In this document: one piece after another, positions 10,072 through 19,509 of the stretch
Layout: each line of letters starts with the position of its first letter
How positions within the stretch are numbered: position 1 is the first letter of the stretch
Assembly (NCBI RefSeq): GCF_022376835.1
Contig: NZ_CP084606.1
Coordinates: 2,842,739 to 2,906,738 of the forward strand
Origin: Brucepastera parasyntrophica
GTDB lineage: Bacteria > Spirochaetota > Spirochaetia > Treponematales > Treponemataceae
Direction of reading: 5' to 3'
DNA length: 64,000 nucleotides
Notes under the pieces: model-generated
What the model was told of the DNA's origin: nothing
Database searches by the model: none
Seen by the model: the letters and a program-made list of their open reading frames with translations, nothing else
Program-made: the position numbers and the translations under genes

Positions 10072-12531
10072 GTGATAACCGCTCCGGACGGAACCGGGTT
10101 GTCGAAAACAGGCATGGGCTTTGCGGGCTGGAACACAAAGGCCGACGGGACCGGCGTCTCCTATGCGGCGGGCTCAAAGATAAAGATAACGGGAAACCTG
10201 AAACTCTACGCCCAGTGGGCCGGGAACAGTTACACGGTAACCTATGACGGAAACGGCCACACGGGAGGCGCGGTCCCGGCCTCGGCTGACTCGGTGTACG
10301 GGGAAAGCCACAGCCTTGCCGGGCCGGGCGGTCTCGAAAAAACCGGCCACAGTTTCGCGGGCTGGAACACGGAACCTGACGGGAGCGGGACACCGTACCC
10401 CGCGGGGACGGGCGTGACGGCTGACTGGGACGGTCCTGTTACATTATATGCCCGGTGGGTGAGCGGCAACGCTGATTTAAGCAATCTGACGGTAAGTGAA
10501 GGGGCCCTGTCCCCTGCCTTTGACCCTGGCGTCATATCTTACACGGTGGAAGTACCCGACACCACGGACAGCCTGACGGTGACAGGCGCCGCGGCGGACA
10601 GCGGGGCGGAACTCAGCGCGAACAGCGGAGCGCCCCAAACACTGAGCGGAGACAGCACTCCGGTAACAATACGGGTGACCGCGGCGGACGGAAGCATAAA
10701 GGACTACACGGTAACCATAGTCCGGCTCGACACCGCGAAAACCATAACGGGTTTCAGTTTTACCGGACTTGCGGAAGGCAATATAAATGAAAATGAAAAA
10801 ACGGTCACGCTCACAGCGCCGTACGGGACGGCTGTAACAGGCCTCGTACCCGATATAACGCACACCGGTGTGAGCGTGAGTCCCGCGTCCGGCGAAGCGG
10901 AGGACTTTACAAACCCGGTAACATACACGGTGACCGCAGCTGACAGCAGTGCGCAGATCTATACGGTAACGGTGAGCGTCGCCTCCCTTGTGTCGATAAC
11001 TCTGAGCGGCGCATACAAGACTCAATATAAAATTGGTGAAAGTCTTGACACCTCGGGACTGGTAATTACGGGGACGGACAGCGCAGGGAACAGTGTGGCA
11101 ATACCTGCCTCCTCATGCGACTTTACAGGCTTCAATAGCGCGACGACGGGTGAAAAAACGGTGACGGTAACCGTGACGGGTACGTCCGTGACAAAAACTT
11201 TCTCCGTGACCGTGCTGAGCAATAACGCGAACTTAAGCGCCCTGACGGTGAGCAACGGAACCCTGACCCCTGTCTTTGACACGAACACGACAAGCTACAC
11301 GGTGAGCGTGGCGAACAGCGTGACCAGTATAACGGTAACCGGTACAAAAGCCGACAGCACCGCAGGTCTGAGTTCTAACAACGGAGAGGTTCAAACGCTT
11401 TCCTTGGGAACGAATCCCATATCCATAACAGTGACCGCGCAGGACGGAACAACCAAGGTATACACGGTAACGGTGACGAGATCGGTACCCAGTACCAACG
11501 CAAACCTTAGTGGCATATCGTTAACTTCGGGAACCCTGAGCCCTGTGTTTACATCCGATGTACTTAATTATACGGTACGCCTGGCTAACAGCGTGAGCGG
11601 CGTCAGGATAACGGGGATAGCGGCGGACAGTGGGGCTGTTGTGAGTGGCAGCGGCTCAACTGACACGCTTACGGTCGGGACGGCAACGCCCAAAACAATA
11701 ACGGTGACCGCCGAGGACGGTGTGACAACAAAGACCTACACCGTAACGGTGACGCGGCAGGGCAGCGCGAGCCTGAGTGCATTGACAGCCAGTGCGGGTC
11801 AGCTGACTCTGGCGTCGTCGGAAACGAATTTCGCAACTACTGGATTTGCATCGGCAGCACTTGACTATATAGTGGGGATAGCTGGAACAAGCGGTGAAAC
11901 GAAGAGCGTAACGATAAACGCGACATCTGCCAGCGGAACGGTGAGCTATTCGCTTGCCGGAGGAGTCGTAAGTGGAATAAGTCGCGGGAACCCTCAAGCG
12001 CTTGAGATAACGGTAACAAACGGAAGCGAAACTTGCATATACACGGTGACCTGTATGCTTGTCGGCTACACGGGCGAGGCAGGCCTTGTATTCTACGACA
12101 AAGGAAATAGCACCGGAGGCTGGCAATACCTTGAGGCTGCGACTGCGGATGCAGGTACGGCGGAATGGGGCTTATCCGGAGTACGCATAAGCGAAACGGT
12201 GACAAGTATAGGAAGCGGAAAGGGAAACACAGGGATACTGGTGAGTGCGCTTACGGCAGCGGGAGAAAGCGGACGGGCAGCACTGCTGTGTGATGCATAC
12301 AGCGGCGCTGGGAGGACTGACTGGTATATGCCGAGCAAAGACGAGCTTAATCTGATGTACAGTAATCTGCACAAGAACAGCCTGGGCAGTTTTACGAACC
12401 ATGGGTACTGGTCGTCGTCTCAGTACTCTCCTAATGAATACGGCGTAGCGTGGAGTCAGTACTTCAACAGTGGAGACCAGATGGACAACAGGAATATTTC
12501 ATTTTACGTACGGGCCTGCCGGGCTTTTTAA
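10072..12531 (+). CDS. Surface protein body. Flg_new (Listeria-Bacteroides) repeats x2, four cadherin-like beta-sandwich domains (ADLSNLTVSxGxLSPxF...YTVTV.R), and a C-terminal DUF1566 (Lcl-like) domain. The in-frame open reading extends back to 10015, right after the TGA.
   Basis: YTVTYDGNGHTGG / GHSFAGWNTEPDGSG / LYARW motifs. Repeated beta-sandwich modules. WYMPSKDELNLMYSNL DUF1566 motif. Confidence 0.75.
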   Translation: MITAPDGTGLSKTGMGFAGWNTKADGTGVSYAAGSKIKITGNLKLYAQWAGNSYTVTYDGNGHTGGAVPASADSVYGESHSLAGPGGLEKTGHSFAGWNTEPDGSGTPYPAGTGVTADWDGPVTLYARWVSGNADLSNLTVSEGALSPAFDPGVISYTVEVPDTTDSLTVTGAAADSGAELSANSGAPQTLSGDSTPVTIRVTAADGSIKDYTVTIVRLDTAKTITGFSFTGLAEGNINENEKTVTLTAPYGTAVTGLVPDITHTGVSVSPASGEAEDFTNPVTYTVTAADSSAQIYTVTVSVASLVSITLSGAYKTQYKIGESLDTSGLVITGTDSAGNSVAIPASSCDFTGFNSATTGEKTVTVTVTGTSVTKTFSVTVLSNNANLSALTVSNGTLTPVFDTNTTSYTVSVANSVTSITVTGTKADSTAGLSSNNGEVQTLSLGTNPISITVTAQDGTTKVYTVTVTRSVPSTNANLSGISLTSGTLSPVFTSDVLNYTVRLANSVSGVRITGIAADSGAVVSGSGSTDTLTVGTATPKTITVTAEDGVTTKTYTVTVTRQGSASLSALTASAGQLTLASSETNFATTGFASAALDYIVGIAGTSGETKSVTINATSASGTVSYSLAGGVVSGISRGNPQALEITVTNGSETCIYTVTCMLVGYTGEAGLVFYDKGNSTGGWQYLEAATADAGTAEWGLSGVRISETVTSIGSGKGNTGILVSALTAAGESGRAALLCDAYSGAGRTDWYMPSKDELNLMYSNLHKNSLGSFTNHGYWSSSQYSPNEYGVAWSQYFNSGDQMDNRNISFYVRACRAF

Positions 12532-12631
12532 CTATTAAATGTTTGAACCGCGGAGGCTTGGCAGGCGGTCAAAATGTTTTTTTACTATGATTTATGCCTT
12601 GGCTTAAGCAGTAAATACTGGCATTCTAAAG

Positions 12632-12660
12632 GGGAACGAGTTGCTGTGCAAGTCGTTCCC
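12632..12660 (+). terminator. Candidate terminator hairpin downstream of the DUF1566 lipoprotein gene.
   Basis: gggaacga / tcgttccc 8-bp stem with a 13-nt loop, followed by a T-rich tract. Confidence 0.35.
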
Positions 12661-12839
12661 TACTTGATTCTTCGACTTGCCTAACTTGTCTCCAGAGGAG
12701 TAAGGCGGAGTAACGACACGGCACACTGGATTTTAGAGAAATTCTACCGGAAAGCCGTTCAGGAATTTGTCGCTGAGCAGGTTAATCTGGAAGTTCTCTG
12801 ATGGGCTTTGTTTTTTGCCAAACTACGGCAGTTTGTACC

Positions 12840-13093
12840 TTACACATTACCGCGTGTAGCCCGGGACAGTTTTACACATATCGGTGTGTAAGATAGCCTC
12901 TGTTTTTCCATAGACGCTGACTGTCGGGCAAGCGCGCCAGTCACCAAGAGAAAGAAACCCGCTATAACAGCCTTCCATATCCACGCGGCAGTTCCAAACC
13001 AAATTACTTCCTACACATCCCAATGTGTAAACTTTCCCTTTCTTACACACACTATTGTGTAAGCTTTCCTTTTTCTACACACTGCATTGTGTA
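12840..13093. promoter_or_regulatory. Array B: the same palindrome family in inverse orientation. 12840-12859 is degenerate, 12872-12891 is perfect, and a triplet lies at 13011-13030, 13043-13062 and 13074-13093 with a 31-32 bp period and T/C-rich 3' tails.
   Basis: Read directly from the sequence. The units are reverse complements of the array A units. Confidence 0.7.
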
Positions 13094-13548
13094 ATCTTTT
13101 TTCTTCTTGAAAAATACCTGAAACCATATCCCGCCGCAAAAACATAGCGTTACATAATTTTTTGCCTCAAATACGATAGCCCATCGTATCAGGCCTGGTT
13201 TTACCGTATCGCTATACACTAAAACTTTCGTCAGGAATAAGGACGAGGGGGCAGCGTAAGACCCCTGACTTTGGCTATTAGCCAAAGTCAGGAGGCTGGA
13301 GACTTTATGATTATTGAAGGAAAGGGTAATCTGAATCCGACGGGAATTGGAAGCCGGGACCGGTTGGCCCCTCGCGGAGAGGGAACATTCTGAAAAGAAA
13401 GACCTCGGTTCGGAGAGAAACAATACCGGCCGCCGAATAAACGAATGCGAAATAGTTTTTATGGCTATTATCGCGAATAGGAGCTCGGTGTACCCCGAAA
13501 AAGCAGGGAAGACTTCCATCCCTTATTTTATAAGAATGGGAGAAAAGT

Positions 13549-14091
13549 ATGAAAGAAGAGGCAAAACGGTATGTTGGTTTAGATTTAGCCAAACGAACAA
13601 TGGAAGTATGTATTCTTAATGACTGCGGAAAAACAGAGCTGAGTAAAAGCGGGGTAAAGACTGACGAAACCGGAAGGAGCCAATTGGCAAACATCTTGAA
13701 ACAAACAGATATTGTGGGAATGGAAGCCTGTGCGTATGCATTTGTACTGGGGAGATATATAGAACAAGCTGTTGGGTGTACGGTATATATTCTAAACCCA
13801 GGGAAGTTACAAATGATATGGCGCTCGACACGAAAAACAGACAAGGAAGACGCACGTAAAATAGCTTCATTTATTCAAAGATATCCGAAAGAAGAATTAC
13901 CGATAGTAGTAATGCCAAGTGAAGAAGAGGAAATGCTGCGGAAATACGTATCAATGAAAAGTTATTTGACCAAACTGCGGACCAGTGTCCTTAATCGGTT
14001 ACATGTAGTATATGTCCAAGCAGGAATAACGACCATAAAAAAGAGTCATTTACATACACCCGAAGGAAGAATGAAACAAAAGGAAGGATGA
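13549..14091 (+). CDS. IS110-family transposase, N-terminal DEDD (RuvC-like) domain. Ends at an in-frame TGA at 14089.
   Basis: YVGLDLAK...MEACAYAF...KTDKEDARKIA motifs. Confidence 0.75.
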   Translation: MKEEAKRYVGLDLAKRTMEVCILNDCGKTELSKSGVKTDETGRSQLANILKQTDIVGMEACAYAFVLGRYIEQAVGCTVYILNPGKLQMIWRSTRKTDKEDARKIASFIQRYPKEELPIVVMPSEEEEMLRKYVSMKSYLTKLRTSVLNRLHVVYVQAGITTIKKSHLHTPEGRMKQKEG

Positions 14092-14103
14092 CCGGAAATA
14101 CTG

Positions 14104-14658
14104 GTGATATTTGCGGAACTATTAGAAAAAGAATTAAAAACGACCGAAGAGCAATTAAAAGAGTTAGAGAGAATCATAGAAAATAACGTAAAAGGCCATG
14201 AATTGGCGCCGTATGTGATGTCGATTCCTGGGGTAGGAATTGGTGTAGCGGCAGCATTTCTTGCCTATGTGGGGGATGGGAGTCGGTTTTCAAAAGCAAG
14301 TGAAATAGCCAATTATGTAGGACTGGTGCCCCGAATAGATTGTTCGGGAGAAACGAATCGGTATGGCAATATTACTAAAGAAGGATGCCGGGCCTTACGA
14401 AGGGTGATATTACAATCGGTATGGTCATTAGTACGATGTAAAGAAGGCGGCGGCCGATTACAAGCAAAATTTTTCGCGCTTAATGAACGGATGGGAAAGA
14501 CGAAAAGTGCTGTTGCGATTGCGCGAAGGATGGTTACCCTTATGTGGATATTGGTACGGCGGAAAGAATTCTATGCAGATATATCAACGGAACAACTCAA
14601 ACGGAAGTTTCGTTATTATCACATACATTATGAGGGATGGGAGTCAAAAATCGCTTGA
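14104..14658 (+). CDS. IS110-family transposase, C-terminal (Transposase_20) domain. Same frame as 13549..14091.
   Basis: SIPGVGIGVAAAFLAYVGDGSRFSKASEIANYVGLVPRIDCSG motif. Confidence 0.75.
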   Translation: MIFAELLEKELKTTEEQLKELERIIENNVKGHELAPYVMSIPGVGIGVAAAFLAYVGDGSRFSKASEIANYVGLVPRIDCSGETNRYGNITKEGCRALRRVILQSVWSLVRCKEGGGRLQAKFFALNERMGKTKSAVAIARRMVTLMWILVRRKEFYADISTEQLKRKFRYYHIHYEGWESKIA

Positions 14659-14762
14659 CAATAATCATAGGAGCGAGGGGGTGCCGCGTCTGCGGTGCTC
14701 CTGTCCGGAGCCTGACGGCCGGCTGTTCCGGCTGGAAGGCGTTCCCCCTTTAAAATAAAAAA

Positions 14763-14797
14763 GGCGTGTCCGGCAAAGCGCTGTGTCCGGGCACGCC
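14763..14797 (-). terminator. Rho-independent terminator for the minus-strand gene 14806..15834.
   Basis: ggcgtgtccgg / ccgggcacgcc 11-bp stem. On the plus strand an A-run precedes it, which is a T-run after the stem on the minus strand. Confidence 0.6.
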
Positions 14798-14805
14798 ATC
14801 TTTTC

Positions 14806-15834
14806 CTATTCCCCGTCCTGTGTTCCCGGGGAATATTCCCTGCGGAGGGTTTCCTCGTCCTTGAGGCTTTCGGTCATGCGGTCAAGTTCGCTTTTTGCCT
14901 TTGAATCTCCTGTCGAAGTATACAGGTCCTGCATGAGGGCGATTGCGCCTCCGGTGTTTCCGAGCAGTTCCGTCAGGAGCGCCGCGTTATAGCCTGCCGC
15001 GAAGTTTCCGTTTTCGGCGTATACCTCGCTGAATATTTCGCGGGCGTCCGCGTAGGAACCGTTCTTTACCAGAGTGTCGGCTTCCTTCATTCTGGGGTCT
15101 TTTGTTTTGTCTTTTTCAAAATACCTGTGTTCGACTGCTGTCCAGGGCGCGATTTCCCTGCTGAACAGGGCGAGTTCGTCATTTATAATCATCCTGACCA
15201 GATCGAGTTCTGACATGAGGGAGGTCCTGACATTCAGAATGTCCGTGTCTTCCTTCCGGTCGGAGGCAGTTCCCGATTTTGTTACCTGGCTTATGATCCT
15301 GCCGTTGTCGGCTCTGATAAAGCGGTAGGTGAAGTCAAGGGTAACGACCCGCTCCGCGGTATAGATTTTTGTGAGGGAATCATTCGAGGAGGAAACTTCG
15401 CTGACGTTTTCCAGAGTACGGGCCGAAAGAAGATTGATTTCGCCGGTGAGGTAGGCGTCGACTACCGAGGCGTAACCGCCCTGCGTATTTCCCGCTCTGG
15501 CCAGCTGGTCCTGGCTGATAACAACAAAGGCGTTTGAGGCAAGCAGTTTGTCCGTGACTGCAGTTGTCAGGGCCTGGGCCGCCTGCTCTTCAAGGCGGGT
15601 GTTGTATTTATTCGCCGGAGAAAAAAAACGCTGATACACTGTGTTTAGCTGGCCGCTGTCCGTTTTATTATAGGCCAGATCAAAGGGGGCGACCGCGATA
15701 CGCTGGACCCCGCTCATGTCGGTCAGGGGAGGCTTTGTGACCTGGACCCGGACCGAGGTCGCGCAGGAAAAAAACAGCACAAGCAGGGCCGCCGGTAAAA
15801 AAACATTTTTCAGGATTGCAGCCTTTTTATTCAT
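14806..15834 (-). CDS. Hypothetical lipoprotein with a C-terminal TPR-like helical region.
   Basis: Start MNKKAAIL preceded by AAGGAG. Lipobox FFSCA. The track ORF extends to 15915. Confidence 0.55.
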   Translation of the reverse strand: MNKKAAILKNVFLPAALLVLFFSCATSVRVQVTKPPLTDMSGVQRIAVAPFDLAYNKTDSGQLNTVYQRFFSPANKYNTRLEEQAAQALTTAVTDKLLASNAFVVISQDQLARAGNTQGGYASVVDAYLTGEINLLSARTLENVSEVSSSNDSLTKIYTAERVVTLDFTYRFIRADNGRIISQVTKSGTASDRKEDTDILNVRTSLMSELDLVRMIINDELALFSREIAPWTAVEHRYFEKDKTKDPRMKEADTLVKNGSYADAREIFSEVYAENGNFAAGYNAALLTELLGNTGGAIALMQDLYTSTGDSKAKSELDRMTESLKDEETLRREYSPGTQDGE

Positions 15835-16007
15835 AACATCTCCTTTTGCGGCCGGCGTGACGCGAATTCCTCCCCGCCTAAAGAATAATATAGATTCTTT
15901 TTTATATAAGGTCAAACGGCCCGGCCTGTTGACCTGTCCGGCGGAAAGAAAGGCCTGTTGCTTTTACCCTGTCTCCGTATATAATATGGAAGACAAGGAG
16001 ACCCCGT

Positions 16008-16447
16008 ATGAAAAAATTATTTTTTGTCATCATTAGCCTGGCCGCGCTGGCGGGAAACGGTTTCGCGCAGACCAAGTCTGATGACATCAGGCGCCTGCTC
16101 GAACTTTCCGGCGCGAAAAAACAGGCCGCCCAGATGTTCAATTTAATGCTGCCTGATCTGATAAAAATAGCTCCCGACGCCCCCATGAGTTTCTGGGCAG
16201 CTTTTGAAAATAAACTTGACCTGGATGAATTTACCGAACTTTTTGTTCCTGTGTATGATACCTATTTTACGCATGATGAAATCAGGGACATTATCATTTT
16301 TTATGAAAGCCCCTCCGGGAAAAAGATGACTGAAATGGCCCCTATATTACCCAGGATTCGTACGCGATCGGACAGAAGTGGGGAGAAAAACTTGCCGTCG
16401 AGATTCTGACCGAGCTGACAGCCAGCGGGTACCTCAAACAGATATAG
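16008..16447 (+). CDS. DUF2059-family periplasmic protein; the frame is broken at a C4 run (16339-16342).
   Basis: Signal peptide. The conserved C-terminus YAIGQKWGEKLAVEILTELTASGYLKQI is recovered in the -1 frame. Confidence 0.6.
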
Positions 16448-16648
16448 GAAAATACGCCGAGGTCCGGTATCAGGAAGAAACGCGCCTGGCCGGAGCCGGA
16501 CAGAATAATATTCCCGCCCTCCGCTGTATGTATCCTGTACACCCGGCCGGCCTGTCCGGCTTTTTTTATTTCCGGAGTCCCGCCTGCTGTATTACTCTGA
16601 TCCTTTATTTCCTTTTGCGGAAAACTGTGGTATAATACAGGGATAGTT

Positions 16649-18591
16649 ATGGCAAAAGGCGAATTTGAAAGACAGTTTAAGGCTGCCCTCCGGGCCGGTC
16701 AGAAGCGGGATTACCGGCAGGCTATACGCATTCTCGAGTATCTCGCGGCCTGTGGTTTCGCGGAAGGTGACCCCTCCCTGCAGGACGGCGGCCAGTCCCA
16801 TCCCGAAATCTTTTTATATCTGGCCCGTTCATGGCACGCCCAGAAAAAATACGCGAGGGCGGCCGCTTACGCAAGGGCCTTTCTCCGGCGGCGGTCTTCG
16901 GACGCGTCCGGCTGGTTTTTTCTTGCCAGGTCCTATTTTTCAGGCGGGCTGTATGACCGGGCCCTGTACGCCATAAAAAAAAGCCTTGAGCTGAACCCTG
17001 ATTCCGCGGACGCGAGGGGCTTGCTGGGCGCCCTGTATTTAAAACAGAAGAGGTTCCGGCTCGCGCGTTCGGTATTTGAGGACGCCCTTTCCATTGCGCC
17101 TGACGACCCCCGTCTGAACCAGGGATATCTGAACGCTCTTTTTATCGACGCTGTCCGGACTTACAAACGAGGCGGTGCCGAAGAAGCGAGGCAGATGCTT
17201 ACCTTTCTTATCAACAATGGAATAGACGGCGTGGCGCCCCGGCTGTATCTTGCCCACGCGCTCAGGGACCTCGGCTATCTGCCCGAGGCCCTCACCCAGT
17301 ATGAGGCCGCTGTCCAGTTCGCCCCTGACGATACCTCCCTGCTGTGGTATTTTGTATCAATATACCTGATGATGGGAAATACCGAAGAAGCTGTCGCTCT
17401 TCTTGCCTCACTTGACGAGTCCTTTAACCCTGAAGCTATCTCGCAGCGTTTTGTTGATCTGCAGATTATTAAAACCAGCCTTGAAAATGAAAACTGGACG
17501 GGCGCCGCACAGGCGGCCCGGGCTTACATAAAAAACTATGGCAGCGACGGACTGTCGCACGCCCTTATGGGCGAAGCCCAGAGAAATCTCGGAAATAATG
17601 ATATAGCGGTAAACCATTTTAACCGGGCCATCGAACTGGACCGGCAGAACCCCGCGCCCTATTACGGAATCCTGATGGTGTACGCTTCCGCCCGGAACTG
17701 GAAGGAGCTGAAGGCCGCTCTGGCCAGGGCCGACCGGGCCGGCTGTGATCCTTCCGCAATACAGTTTTACCGGGTGCTTGCCGAGGCAAACCTCGATTCC
17801 GATCCCGCTGAGATTTTGCCCGCTGTCCAGGAACAGGTTAAAACCTACGGCGCAGCTCCTCCCTTATTGCTTGCCCTGGCCCGGACCTATTTCCGGATGG
17901 GTCTTTCAGAGCTGGCGATCGGCTGGTACCGGAAAGTAATCGGGTTCGGGCAGAAAAACGAACTCGGAGCCGAAGACCTCGAGGAAGCCTGGCTGGGCTA
18001 TATTGCCTGCTGCGAGGACCAGGCAATGAATGAAGAACTTTCCGAAGCTTACCGGAACTATCTGGACGGCTGGGAAGACAATTCGGATATCCGCAGGGAA
18101 TTTATTTCTTTCCTTGAAAACACCGGCGGCTGGGGCGAGGCCGCGGACCAGCTTGAAAAGCTGGAAGCCTATAATACTTCTTCGGCGAATATCAGAAAAC
18201 TTGCCCTGTACCGGAGGCGGGCGGGGCAGTACCGGACGGCCGCCGTTCTGTACCGCGACATACTGAGAAAGAAGCCCGATGACCGCGCCATTCTCGCGAA
18301 CCTTGTATTCTGCCTTGACCGGATGGGGAGGAGGAATCCGCCCGCCTGCTCATACAGGAAGCTAACCGGGTCCTGAAGCCGGACGCGGACGGGCTTCTGA
18401 TTGAGGGCAGGCTTCATTCACGCTCAGGTGATTTTGACCGGGCCCTCGCGGTGTTTAGAAAAATAATTGACACCTGGCCCAAAGACATACGGGGCTGGGA
18501 AGAAATAGCCCTGGTTTATGAAAAGAAAAATGTCCCCGATATGGCCGCCGTGTTCAGGGAAAAGGCGGCCGGCCTGAAAAAGAAAAAATAG
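16649..18591 (+). CDS. TPR-repeat protein; the frame is broken at a G4 run (18325-18328), with the C-terminal repeats continuing to 18591.
   Basis: Many TPR-like repeats. The downstream frame encodes ...GDFDRALAVFRKIIDTWPKDIRGWEEIALVYEKKN. Confidence 0.7.
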
Positions 18592-18655
18592 CCGGGCCGC
18601 TGAAGGATTCCTCCGGATGTTTTCTTCCGATCGGCTGGAGATTCCTTTATGCATA

Positions 18656-18862
18656 TTAACAAGTGTTCATATATATGTGAACAACTGTTAACCGGTATAT
18701 GAACGACTGTTAACATTGGCCGGCTGGCAGAAGTAAAATACTTTCAAAGCAGGCGTTTATCCTGCGCAGGATAAATGCGTTTTCCCCGGACCAGGTTGAC
18801 AATAGTAACAAGTGTTAATATGCTGTGAAAATAGATGGATTATGCGTGTTAACAATTGTTAG
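18656..18862. promoter_or_regulatory. Cluster of TetR-type operator palindromes: TTAACAAGTGTTCA, TGAACAACTGTTAAC, TGAACGACTGTTAACA, TAACAAGTGTTAA and GTTAACAATTGTTAG. Predicted promoter TTGACA(18796)-N17-TATGCT(18819) overlaps one of them. A 12-bp-arm hairpin lies at 18753-18779.
   Basis: Read directly from the sequence, upstream of the TetR gene at 18892. Confidence 0.5.
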
Positions 18863-18891
18863 TTCCGCATATTCCTGACAGGGAGTCCTGA

Positions 18892-19497
18892 ATGACAACA
18901 AGGGAAAAACTGCTGAACGCCTCTCTCGATTTATTTTCAGTACGGGGATACAGGGCCGTTTCAATTCGCGAAATCGCCTCCGCTGTTGGAATAAGGGAAA
19001 GCGCCGTATACAATCATTTTACAAATAAACGCAATATCATGGAGAGTCTTGCCGCGGAAGCGGTAAAAAAAATTGCCGAGTTTTCGCAGTCTCTCCACAG
19101 GCGCGCTGTCCGGCATCCGGAGAAAAAAAACACTCCAGGTATCCGGGAAAGTTATTCGCGGCTTGCCCTTGAATTATTCCTGTTTTATACCCAGGACGAT
19201 TTTATATCAAAATTCAGGAAACTCCTGACAATCGAACAGTTCGCCGATCCCGAGGCAGGAAACCTGTACCGGGGTTATTTTGTCGGCGGCGTCATAAAAG
19301 AACAGAAACAGCTTTTTGCGGATTTTGTAAAGACCGGATATTTTGTCCCGTGTGACCCTGAAACGGCGGCCGTTCAGTTTTACTCTCCTGTTTTTCTTTT
19401 CTGCTCCGATTATGACACCGGCGGCGATGGGCGTATGCTGCAGAGGAAACTGAAATCGCATACCGAGCAGTTTGCAAAATTGTATGAAAAAAATTAA
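18892..19497 (+). CDS. TetR/AcrR-family transcriptional regulator.
   Basis: N-terminal HTH LDLFSVRGYRAVSIREIASAVGIRESAVYNHF. Confidence 0.8.
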   Translation: MTTREKLLNASLDLFSVRGYRAVSIREIASAVGIRESAVYNHFTNKRNIMESLAAEAVKKIAEFSQSLHRRAVRHPEKKNTPGIRESYSRLALELFLFYTQDDFISKFRKLLTIEQFADPEAGNLYRGYFVGGVIKEQKQLFADFVKTGYFVPCDPETAAVQFYSPVFLFCSDYDTGGDGRMLQRKLKSHTEQFAKLYEKN

Positions 19498-19509
19498 CGG
19501 AGTACAGAT

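Larger units (their letters stand above)
13264..14700 (+). mobile_element. IS110-family insertion sequence; boundaries approximate. A ~285-bp non-coding leader with a perfect 14-bp-stem hairpin (13264-13292) is followed by a DEDD transposase in two in-frame pieces.
   Basis: The N-terminus MKEEAKRYVGLDLAKRTMEVC and the C-terminus SIPGVGIGVAAAFLAYVGDGSRF...YVGLVPRIDCSGE are hallmark IS110/Piv motifs. Confidence 0.7.

Noticed and set aside
10477-12374. Minus-strand ORFs of 93-182 aa (10477..11025, 11656..12126, 11837..12205, 12093..12374) inside the DUF1566 lipoprotein gene.
   Set aside because: They are antisense to a strongly supported coding frame, with a Cys/Arg-rich low-complexity composition.
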